NCBI GenBank assembly: GCA_964016885.1
Contig: OZ024741.1
Location: 410,998,001-411,062,000, forward strand
Reading direction: 5' to 3'
Length of the DNA stretch: 64,000 nt
Source: Eledone cirrhosa
Lineage: Eukaryota
Part shown: piece after piece, positions 38,603 to 49,134 of the stretch
Position numbering within the stretch: position 1 is the first letter of the stretch
Layout of the letters: each line of letters begins with the position of its first letter
Notes under the pieces: generated by a model
The model's database searches: none
What the model saw: only the letters and a program-made list of their open reading frames with translations
What the model was told of the DNA's origin: nothing
Made by a program: the position numbers and the translations under genes

Positions 38603-40967
38603 CATCATCATCATCATCATCACCGTTTTACGTCCGTTCTTCCACGCTAGCATGGGTTAGACGGGTTGTCCTGTTGTGGGCAGTGTCTGGTCGGCTGACC
38701 ATGCCTTGCTCATACAGGAACTGATCTGGCTTGATTTCTACAGCTGGATGCCCTTCCTAACACCAACCTCATTTACAGTGAGTGCTGGGTGCTTTTTCGT
38801 GGCGCCTACACGTCCACTTTACAGTGTGGGCTGGGTGCTTTTTTGCCGTGGCACCTCCACGACCACCTTGCGGTGGGGGGGGGGGGGGGGCATATTGTTT
38901 ATATGCTTCAGCATGTACCCATGGGAGGTCGGGTACCCTGTATTACTGCGTGACGCCAGAAGTCACGGTCGTGTGTCATTGACTTTGAGAGGTGTAGTTG
39001 GGTAAGGTCGGCTTTTATCACCTCATCCCAAGTCATCTTGGGTCTCCCCACTCCGCGGTTTCCATCAACTTCTAGTGCTCTGCACCTTTTTATGCAGCTG
39101 TCATCCTTCATACGCATCACATGTCCATACCAGCGTAACCGCCTCTCCTGCACGCAGCATTTGATTCCTCTTATGCTCAGTCTCTCTCTCAATTCATTTA
39201 TGCTTTGTCGTTCACGTATATTACTGTTACACATCCATCGGAGCATGCAGGCTTCGTTTCTCTCTAATCTACGTAAGTCTTCCACCTTCAGCGCCCAGGT
39301 CTCACTACCATGCAACATCGCTGTTCGGATACACGCATCATACAGTCTGCCTTTCATTCTGAGGGAGAAGCCTTTTGCAGCTAGCAGTGGTAGTAGTTCC
39401 CTAAACTTCTTCCATCCCGTTCTTACCCTAGTTATTGTACTTTCTGAGCACCCACCTCCGTTGCTAATTCGGTCACCTAGGTAGCAGAAGCTGTCTACTG
39501 TTTCTACAGGGCCCTCCCAGAGATTGGTGGTACTTGTTTCCTGTGGCTGTTTGCTTGCTGTTTCAGCACAGCTGCTGCATGTGAATCCTACATTCTTAAT
39601 TAAGCTTCCTGAGATCCCGCTACATCTCTTGTGTACCCATTGTTTGCATTTGGGGCAAAGAATGGAGTTCCTACCTACACCTTTCCTACATACTGAGCAA
39701 GGCCATTTCCCTGAGGGGATCTGGGTTCTGTTTTCTCGTCTACTTATAAGGACCTTAGTCTTTGTCATGTTGACTTTGAGGCCCTTTCTCTCTAGTCCCT
39801 GCTTCCAGGTTTGGAATTTATTCTCTAGTTCTACCATAGATTCAGCTATGAGTGCGAGGTCATCAGCATACAGGAGTTCCCATGGGCATCCGGTCTTAAA
39901 CTCCTCCGTTATTGCCTGCAGGACTATGATGAACAGGAGAGGGCTAAGAACAGAGCCCTGGTGGACCCCAACCTGTACGCTAAATTCCTCGCTATACTCA
40001 TTGCCAATCCTAACTTTGCTGACTGCTCCCCTATACATGGCTTGTACCGCTTTCACAAGCCATTCATCTACTCCTAGTTTTCTAAGAGCCCACCAGATTA
40101 CTGCACGTGGAACTCTGTCAAAGGCTTTCTCAAGGTCGACAAATGCCAAGTAGAGTGGCTTACTTTTAGCTAGGTACTTTTCCTGTAATTGCCTCACAAG
40201 GAAGAGCGCATCAGTGGTGCCTTTCCCTGGAACAAACCCAAATTGCATCTCGTCTATATTCACCCGGTCCCTAATCAGCTGTGCTATAACTCTTTCTGTT
40301 ACTTTCATGACCTGGTCCATCAACTTTATACCTCTATAGTTTCCTCTATCTAGTGCATCGCCTTTACCTTTGTAGCAGTTGACAATGATGCTACTGCACC
40401 AATCTTTTGGTATGGCCCCCTCTAGTATTACCTGGTTAACGATACGTGTGGTTATAGTGTGACCTACAGACCCAGATGCCTTCAGCATCTCGGCAGCTAT
40501 ACCCGATGGACCGGTTGCCTTCCCTATCTTCATATCTCTGATTGCCTTACTTACTACGCTGCCGCTGACTTGTACTGCTGGTCCCTCTATAGGGTCTACG
40601 TGGGGTAGGGTCTCTTCTTCCCATGCATTCTCCTCATTTAGTAATCTATCATAATGACTCTTCCATGCATCTTTCTTCTCAGCACTTGTGAGGGCAAGCT
40701 CACCTTTATCATTCCGGATACACTTCTCTCCAATGACATCACAACTATCTCTGACACACTGCCTCGCAATCTTGAATACCTCCTGTTTCTGGTCCTCACG
40801 TTGTAAAACATGCTTGAATTTTCTATCCTCTGCTTCCCTCCTAGCTAAGTATACTTGTCGCCTAGCTTCCCTCTTGGTCTCTATGTAATGTACCCTGCTC
40901 CCCCCGTTCTTCCATTCTTTCCATGCCTGTCTCTTGGCCTTGACTGCTTCATCTACCTTATTGTTCC
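38603..40967 (-). mobile_element. 5'-truncated RTE-clade LINE (subfamily B) with (GAT)n tail
   Basis: Tail at AATAGTAT|CATCAT. Homologous to 49131-51450. The 5' truncation point is TTATTGTTCC. Confidence 0.94.
38908..40967 (-). CDS. RTE reverse transcriptase ORF, N-terminally truncated but uninterrupted
   Basis: NYRGIKL, QFGFVPG, FVDLEKAFDRVP, GVHQGSVLSPLLF, LLYADD, an internal CSVC..CPKC..HKRC..CSSC finger, RRLRWYGHVMRM. The first ~87 aa of the track ORF are satellite read-through. Confidence 0.88.
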
Positions 40968-41452
40968 TGAGTATATATAGAGTATATATAGAGTATATAT
41001 ATATAGAGTATATATAGAGTAATGTAAATGTTATGTGAGATATTATGCGAGATAAAGCCTTTACTGTGAAAATACAATAGTATATATAGAGTAATGTAAA
41101 TGTTATGTGAGATATTAAGTGAGGTAAAGCCTTTACTGTGAAAATACAATAGTATATATAGAGTAATGTAAATGTTATGTGATATATTAAGTGAGGTAAA
41201 GCCTTTACTGTGAAAATACAATAGTACATATAGAGTAATGTAAATGTTATGTGATATATTAAGTGAGATAAAGCCTTTACTGTGAAAATACAATAGTATA
41301 TATAGAGTAATGTAAATGTTATGTGAGATATTATGTGAGGTAAAGACTTTACTGTGAAAATACAATAGTATATATAGAGTAATGTAAATGTTATGAGAGA
41401 TATTATGTGAGGTAAAGCCTTTACTGTGAAAATACAATAGTATATATAGAGT

Positions 41453-44400
41453 AATAATAATGAAATTATTGTGTACAGTGCTCAGGTGCACTACAACTCA
41501 TCAAAGGTGCATGTATAGTACATAGAATAATGTACAAATGTCAGGAAAATGAACAGTGTATGAGTCATGATATAATAACAATAACAATAATGAAATATTG
41601 TGTACAGTGCCCAGGTGCACCACAACTCATCAAAAAAGTGTATGTATAGTACATAGGGCAATGCACAAACATCAGTAAAATGAACGGTGCACGAGTCATG
41701 ATACACACGTGTGCATGTGTATGGAAGGGGTACATCAGGTGTAGTTTTGGCGTATTTCGGGAAGCATGAGTGTCTTAAAGGATGCAGTGTCTCGGCAGCT
41801 AACAATTGACGCAGGCAGTTTGTTCCATGCTTCAGCAACTCTGAGCGTGAAAAAATGTCTGCGAAAGTCATGGGAGCTGTGCTGTTTTCTTATCTTGTAG
41901 GCATGTCCACGTGTGTTCGACACATGGAGATCAAAGAGGCGCTCAGGGTTGCAGTTGGCGAGATGGTTAAAAACTTTGAGGGTATTCACCAAGTCCATTG
42001 CCAGACGTCGGAGCTTCAATGAATCCATGCCCAGGGAAGCAAGGCGTTCAGAGTATGGTAGGTGTCTGATGGAGGGTATGCGCTTGGTTGCACGTCTCTG
42101 AACAGTTTCCAGGAGGTCAATGTTCCGAGCAAGATAGGGGTTCCAGACTGATGATGCGAATTCCAAGTGTGGTCGCACCATAGCTGTATACAGTTTTAAA
42201 TAGATGGCTGGAGAGCGGCTAACAAAGGTCTTGCTGAGAGATGCCAAGACACCCTCGGCCTTCTTGACAATCTTAGAGACATGCTTTGTCCAACGCAAAT
42301 CGTTGCTGACAGTAATGCCCAGGTCACGTTCACAAGAGGACTTTTTGATGTCAGTGTTGTGGAGGGAGTATGTGGACGCTGGACTTTTCCTTCCAAAATG
42401 CATGGTGGTACACTTGTCCACAGCCAGCTTCAGTTGCCAGTCTGTGATCCATTGCTGCATTGTGTCCAGGTCTGACTGTAGGAAAGAGTTGTTAATTTCA
42501 GGATCAGTCCTTTTGATTTCAAGGTACAGCTTGATGTCATCTGCATATTTTAGTACCGTGGCATTCTGTAAGTTGGCATCTATGTCATTAATATATGCCA
42601 CAAACAAAAGAGGACCAAGAACAGATCCCTGTGGTACACCAGATGACATCTCATATGGTGAAGAATGCTGTCCTAGAACCGTGACTACTTCCTTTCGGCT
42701 GAGAATGAAGGATTTCAGCCAGTCGAAAAGATCATCCCTCACACCCATAAGTCTTTTGTGTGGCACAGAATTAAAAGCCTTAGCAAAGTCAAGGTAAACA
42801 ACATCCACCCATGAGCCGTTGTCAGTGATCCGGGTGATGTCCTCAAGGAACTCAATAAGCTGATCACAGCAGCTGGAGTTAGGGATAAATCAAACTGTGA
42901 GGGCCGGATGAGGCTGTGAGAGCTCCAGAAGTTCCAAAGTGTTTCTCTGACACAGGATTCCATCAGTTTGGCCATACAGCTAGTAAGACTGACTGGACGA
43001 TAGTTGACAGGTGACATGCGGTTGCCCTTTTTGAACAGGGGAATGACACTGGCAGTTTTCCACTGCTCCGGAGTAGCACCATTGCTGAGACAGTATTGAA
43101 AGAAAAAAGAAAGCTGGCGCAAAAGGAAATCCTCGCCACGTTTGAGAAGCAGGTATGTCACACCATCAAGACCAGGGGAGGCATAGTTGCGCTTATTCTT
43201 AAGGTGACGTCGCAACATTGCAGGTGTAAATTCCATAGTTGTTATGGAATTTGATGTTAGAGATGGTGGAGATGGTACATTCTGGTTTTCAACCGTAAAA
43301 ATACTTGCATAGCACTCAGCAATGAGTTCTGCGCATTCCTTGGGATCGTCAGTGATCTGGCTTGTGTGGGGATTGCGAAGAGGACCAACTGGAGAGTGAG
43401 GTCTCTGCTTTGAATGAACATATTTCCAGAACACCTTACAGTCAGGATTGGTTGCGATGCACTGTTCAAATTCAAGCACTGCCTTCTTTGTCACTTGCTT
43501 GAGATGGTTAGAAGATTTATTCCGCTTTTTTCTGTTGGCATCCGATTGAAGTCACCTGCAATAAACACATAAGTGGCTGTTTTCTTGGCAGCAACTCTGA
43601 GGATATCGCAAAGCTGTGTGTCCTGATGGTAGTTTGGGGGGCGATAAACAACACCAAGCAGAAGTGTTGACATGGTCATATGTATGTCACAGAAAAAAAC
43701 TTCTTCCTGTGATTCGTTCAAATCAACGCAAGGAATTACCGAAAAGTTTGAACGAGCGTAGACCATCACACCACCACCACGGCGGTTAATGCGGTCCTTG
43801 CGGAAAAGGTTGTACCCAGTAATGGTGAAAACCCCATCACAGAGTAAGGAATGTGCCCATGTTTCCGTGACTGTGATGAAGTCAGGGTCGATGCTTCTGA
43901 CGTAGGATTCGAACAGATGTATCTTGTTGCATAAACTGCGAGCATTTAAGGACAACAATTTGTACCCTGCTCGCAGTTTATGATGGTGTGTAGAGGGTGG
44001 CAGGTTGTTCTGGTTTAGTTTCCCAGAGTTGTAGCAGTTTTTACATCGCCAGTTATTGTGGGTAGATCACACTCAGACCAGCTGGTATCTCTCTTCCACG
44101 TTTCACCAGCCTTGACAAACCTCCAGATCTGCCCATCATCACGCAGACTGAAACTTTCATCTTGTGCTGAGTTCCGATTCAAGGAAGCTGCAGCACGTAG
44201 TTTTGGACGTACATGGGGTGGTAGGCCTGGGCGTGTTCGGAAGGTAATCCGATTTTCACGCCCAGCTTTAGCAGAGGCCAGATGATATGAGGTTGCCTCT
44301 GCGGGGTCCGAGAAAGACAGCCTGATGAGTCTGGGTTTTGGACCAGGTCGACCAAGGCGGAGGGCACCCTTTGGGGGAACACAGCCTAGGTCTTTGGCTG

Positions 44401-45428
44401 AGCTGGCAGCAAATGCCTGAAGATCAGCCTTGTCCTCTGGTACCCCAATGGCAATCACTTCATGGGTAGCAGATTCCGCAGTCTTTTCAGCAAGAGGTAC
44501 AGGGAGATTCTTTAGCAAGGCATTCCGATAAGACCCCTCATTGTGGGGTCCTACCCGAATGCTTGCCTCTATTCCTGCAACTTCCCTTCTCAGAGCAGAA
44601 ATCATTAGTTGCAGTTCCGCAAAATCTGTACTGGTCGGTTGTTGTTGTTGTTGTTGTTGCTGCTGCTGCTGTCGTTGTTGGTGATGATGATGCTCCTCCA
44701 CGGGAATGGCAGGGGAGGACACAGTCGCAGGATGTTGCTGTTGTTGTTGATGTTGGTGATGATGAAGTTCCTTAACGGGAATGGCAGGGGAGGACACAGT
44801 CGCAGGTTGTTGGTGATGATGATGTTCCTCCACGGGAATGGTAGGGGAAGACACAGTCACCAGTTGTTGGTGTCGAGATGTACTGGGAGTGGAAGACATG
44901 GGTTGTTGTTGTTTCTGATGTTCTCCCACAGGAATAACAGTAGAAGCCAGTGTCATAGGTTTTTGCCGTTGTTCAGTAACAATGGTAGAGGAAGACACAG
45001 TCATTGGTTTTTGTTGTTGTTGTTGTTTTTCAATAACATTAATAACATTAGTGGAGGCAGGCACACAGGCCAGACACTGAAAGGACCAGGATTTTAGCTG
45101 GACTATCTCCCATATTCCATCCATCATAGCATTATGATGTCTCTTTTTTTGGCCTGGGATCCTCCGGAAGCCTGTGGCGCATTGAAGGCAGACAGAGATG
45201 CGACAGGTTCCACATTCGACCCAGCGATTACGGAACGAGTTTTCGGGTTCCGCACAGATATGGCAGATGTGATTTTCTGGGCAATGTTCTATTTTGGGAC
45301 ATCGGCCGGTTTTGTCGCATATTTCATCATGGATATCACCATGGCAATTTTGTTATTTCTACCCATCCGTAGAAAAACACAGAATGTAAACAATATAGGT
45401 TTAGCGCACTCGATTACGATAGAAATAA
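41453..45428 (-). mobile_element. CR1-clade LINE copy 2, apparently identical to copy 1
   Basis: All ORFs recur at a constant offset of 7177 bp with identical translations and the same lesions. Confidence 0.95.
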
Positions 45429-47274
45429 AATGTAAATGTTATGTGAGATATTATGTGAGGTAAAGCCTTTACTGTGAAAATACAATAGTATATATAGAGT
45501 AATGTAAATGTTATGTGAGATATTATGTGAGGTAAAACCTTTACTGTGTAAATACAATAGTATAAATAGAGTAATGTAAATGTTATGTGAGATATTATGT
45601 GAGGTAAAGCCTTTACTGTGTAAATACAATAGTATATATAGAGTAATGTAAATGTTATGTGAGATATTATGTGAGATAAAGCCTTTACTGTGTAAATACA
45701 ATAGTATATATAGAGTAATGTAAATGTTATGTGAGATATTATGTGAGGTAAAGCCTTTACTGTGTAAATACAATAGTATATATAGAGTACTGTAAATGTT
45801 ATATGATATATTAAGTGAGGTAAAGCCTTTACTGTGTAAATACAATAGTATATATAGAGTACTGTAAATGTTATGAGATATATTAAGTGAGGTAAAGCCT
45901 TTACTGTGTAAATACAATAGTATATATAGAGTAATGTAAATGTTATATGATATATTAAGTGAGGTAAAGCCTTTACTGTGAAAATACAATAGTATATATA
46001 GAGTACTGTAAATGTTATGTGAGATATTATGTGAGGTAAAGCCTTTACTGTGAAAATACAATAGTATAAATAGAGTAATGTACATGTTAAGTGAGATACT
46101 ATGTGAGGTAAAGCCTTTACTGTGAAAATACAATAGTATATATAGAGTACTGTAAATGTTATGTGAGATATTATGTGAGGTAAAGCCTTTACTGTGAAAA
46201 TACAATAGTATAAATAGAGTAATGTACATGTTAAGTGAGATACTATGTGAGGTAAAGCCTTTACTGTGAAAATACAATAGTATATATAGAGTAATGTAAA
46301 TGTTATGTGAGATATTATGTGAGGTAAAGCCTTTACTGTGAAAATACAATAGTATATATAGAGTAATGTACATGTTAAGTGAGATACTATGTGAGGTAAA
46401 GCCTTTACTGTGAAAATACAATAGTATATATAGAGTACTGTAAATGTTATGTGAGATATTATGTGAGGTAAAGCCTTTACTGTGAAAATACAATAGTATA
46501 AATAGAGTAATGTACATGTTAAGTGAGATACTATGTGAGGTAAAGCCTTTACTGTGAAAATACAATAGTATATATAGAGTAATGTAAATGTTATGTGAGA
46601 TATTATGTGAGGTAAAGCCTTTACTGTGAAAATACAATAGTATATATAGAGTAATGTACATGTTAAGTGAGATACTATGTGAGGTAAAGCCTTTACTGTG
46701 AAAATACAATAGTATATATAGAGTACTGTAAATGTTATGTGAGATATTATGTGAGGTAAAGCCTTTACTGTGAAAATACAATAGTATAAATAGAGTAATG
46801 TACATGTTATGTGAGATATTATGTGAGGTAAAGCCTTTACTGTGAAAATACAATAGTATATATAGAGTAATGTAAATGTTATGTGAGATATTATGTGAGG
46901 TAAAGCCTTTACTGTGAAAATACAATAGTATATATAGAGTAATGTAAATGTTATGTGAGATATTATGTGAGGTAAAGCCTTTACTGTGAAAATACAATAG
47001 TATATATAGAGTAATGTAAATGTTATGTGAGATATTATGTGAGGTAAAGCCTTTACTGTGAAAATACAATAGTATATATAGAGTAATGTAAATGTTATGT
47101 GAGATATTATGTGAGGTAAAGCCTTTACTGTGAAAATACAATAGTATATAGAGAGTAATGTGAATGCTAAAGGGTTAAACTGAAATAGGAATGAATTAAA
47201 ATTAATTTAAAAAAAAACAAGAAAGAATCTATAAGGTTAAAGGCCCTCCCCAAATATATATTTCAACAACTTAC

Positions 47275-47380
47275 ATTTTGGTCCCCAATCCTGCGCAGGG
47301 TGTTCTGCCTGTGGACCTGGTTAATATATTGACTGTAGGCTGCAGCAGCCTGTTGCTCCTCATTTAACTTCTCATATAAT
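47275..47380 (-). CDS. CDC23: CDC23/APC8 internal coding exon
   Basis: TGTCAG|A TTA TAT...CAA AAT|GTAAGT. 106 nt = (R)LYEKLNEEQQAAAAYSQYINQVHRQNTLRRIGDQN, similar to KLHEQLTESEQAAQCYIKYIQDI. Phase 2/0 fits both neighbouring exons. Confidence 0.92.
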
Positions 47381-47489
47381 CTGACATGTTAACCAGAAAT
47401 AAGACAATTAGAAATATCCTTCAGTAGTTTATGTAAATTAGTACAATATCAATATAGTATAGCTGGAGAGACCATGTTAGGGGGTTGAG

Positions 47490-47780
47490 AGGACCCTTTA
47501 GTGGTTGGTGTTGGCAAGGGTATCCAGTCATACAAACCATGCCAAAAGGGAACTTTCAGTCACAACACTACAACCTCTTAGTGCTGGTAACACAAAATAT
47601 GCACCCAGTACACTCTGTAAAGTGCAGGAACATATGTGAGATGTGATCCGCCCCAGAGGTCAGTAGCTCTGAGTACTGACTTGGTCTGTGATAACTCCTT
47701 CAACCCTTGCCACTCTGCCTACAGATGGATGTCCTTCCTGACACCAATCACATTGCAGAGATTACTGGCTGTATTTTATC
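47490..47780. mobile_element. degraded SINE/RTE-tail fragments in both orientations
   Basis: GGTTGGTGTTGGCAAGGGTATCCAG, GCACCCAGTACACTCTGTAAAGTG and GGATGTCCTTCCTGACACCAA resemble RTE 3' UTR motifs seen elsewhere in the window. Confidence 0.55.
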
Positions 47781-47806
47781 CTATATCTACATAGATAGAT
47801 AGATAC

Positions 47807-47837
<31 letters not shown>

Positions 47838-48126
47838 GAGGCATCACACAGTAATACAGAAGACTCGACCCCCCCATGGGAACAAGCCGAAGCTGAAACA
47901 TATAGACAATATGCCCCCACCCCCTCCCACTGCTAAAAAGCACCCGGCCCACACTGTAAATGAGCTTGGTGTTAGGAAGGGCATCCAGCTGTAGAAATCA
48001 AGCCAGAATCAGTTCCTGTATGAGCAAGACAAGGTCAGCCGACTGGACACTGCCCACAACAGGACAACCCGTCTAACCCATGCTAGTGTGGAAGAACGGA
48101 CGTTAGACAGTGATGATGATGATGAT
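47838..48126 (+). mobile_element. RTE 3'-end fragment (subfamily B-like) between (TA)n tracts
   Basis: Reverse complement of ~49131-49485 with internal deletions. Ends in (GAT)n. Confidence 0.88.
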
Positions 48127-48168
48127 ATATATATTGTGTGTGTGTGTATATATATATATATTATATAT

Positions 48169-48547
48169 GGAGGCACATGGCTTAGTGGTTAGAAAATTGA
48201 CCTTGCAGTCGAAAGGTTGTGAGTTCAATTCTTAGACCGGGTGATGTGTTGTTTCCTTGAGCAAGACACTTTATTTCACATTGCTCCAGTTTACTCAGCT
48301 GTAGAAATGAGATGATAGGAATGAGATGATTCCGCTGCAAAGTGGTCGTGGAGGTGCCACGGCAAAAAAGCCCCCAGCCCACACTGCAAAGTGGACATGT
48401 AGGCGCCATGGAAAAAAAAGCACCCACCACTCACTGTAAATGAGGTTGGTGTTAGGAAGGGCATCCAGCTGTAGAAATCAAGCCAGAATCAGTTCCCGTC
48501 CCACCCTTGCAAGCAGGGAAAAGTGGACGTAAAATGATGATGATGAT
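48169..48547 (+). mobile_element. tRNA-derived SINE with RTE-type 3' region
   Basis: A box TGGCTTAGTGG, B box-like GAGTTCAATTC, CORE-like CCTTGAGCAAGACACTT, then sequence matching the RTE 3' UTR and a (GAT)n tail. Flanked by (TA)n. Confidence 0.83.
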
Positions 48548-48566
48548 ATTATATATATATAAAATG

Positions 48567-49087
48567 AGAATTGGTGCTCTGAAATAGCGATATATATATG
48601 AATGTATATATAGAGTATTTTGCAATACACTGTATGCTTAATTAAAAGCATTTCGATGACCTTACGCTATTGTTTTAGAGTAGTGACAGTCTCACTTACT
48701 TCAATTTTCAGCAAACAGGGGAGATAAAGCAGACAGAGCTCTGTTTCATACTTTTTGGTACTTATCAAAGCTAACTACTCCTCCTGTTTGCTGAAAATCA
48801 TGGATGTTGGATTCTTATAGAATTCTAGTAAGAATCAGGAACTGATTATACAGAGCAGTTGCCAGTCAAGCAAAAATTGAAAATTAGAATTGGTGCTCTG
48901 AAATAGCGATATATATATGAATGTATATATAGTGTATTTTGCAATACACTGTATGCTTAATTAAAAGCATTTCGAAGACCTGTTTGCTGAAAATTAAAGT
49001 AAGCGAGTCTGTCACTACTCTAAAACAATAGCGTAAGGTCTTCGAAATGCTTTTAATTAAGCATACAGTGTATTGCAAAATACACTG

Positions 49088-49096
<9 letters not shown>
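48567..49096. mobile_element. foldback/MITE-like element with ~118-bp inverted repeats and an internal direct duplication
   Basis: ~48603-48720 is inverted at ~48979-49096. 48567-48662 is directly repeated at 48886-48981. The flanks are TA-rich. Confidence 0.65.

Positions 49097-49130
<34 letters not shown>

Positions 49131-49134
<4 letters not shown>

Larger units (their letters stand above)
25561..47166. repeat. 72-bp AT-rich minisatellite in six segments (25561-26912, 32531-32945, 33686-34275, 38252-38602, 40970-41452, 45429-47166)
   Basis: Unit TGTAAATGTTATGTGAGATATTATGTGAGGTAAAGCCTTTACTGTGAAAATACAATAGTATATATAGAGTAA. A shared variant at 26115/26689 (offset 574) marks an 8-unit block duplication. 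Confidence 0.97.
25423..47174. mobile_element. TTAA-flanked non-autonomous DNA transposon (piggyBac-like MITE), inflated by an internal 72-bp array and nested LINEs
   Basis: Left end TTAA|CCCTTTAGCATT (TSD 25419-25422). Right end AATGCTAAAGGG|TTAA (TSD 47175-47178). This is a perfect 12-bp TIR. The array starts ~140 bp inside the left end and runs directly into the right TIR. Confidence 0.88.

Noticed and set aside
38908-41229. 773-aa satellite-RT fusion protein
   Set aside because: The N-terminus is chance in-frame read-through from the satellite into a 5'-truncated RTE, with no evidence of a real start.
34276-45428. Two CR1 copies acting as LTR-like direct repeats of a composite element around the RTE
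   Set aside because: The repeats include satellite flanks and break inside 72-bp units. There are no LTR termini or integrase. Unequal crossover explains it.
33830-45779. 4.8-kb giant target-site duplication created by the RTE insertion
   Set aside because: 38558-38602 matches 33790-33834, not 45735-45779, so the duplication predates the RTE and has a different breakpoint.
45414-47141. 575-aa repetitive ORF, and similar HSKGFTSHNISH ORFs at 25576-26755, 32458-32963, 33616-34314 and 38237-38653
   Set aside because: Artefact of a 72-bp (multiple of 3) unit lacking stops in some frames. It is intronic with no coding signature.
48169-48245. tRNA gene
   Set aside because: A and B boxes are present but there is no convincing cloverleaf, and it continues into a SINE body and tail.
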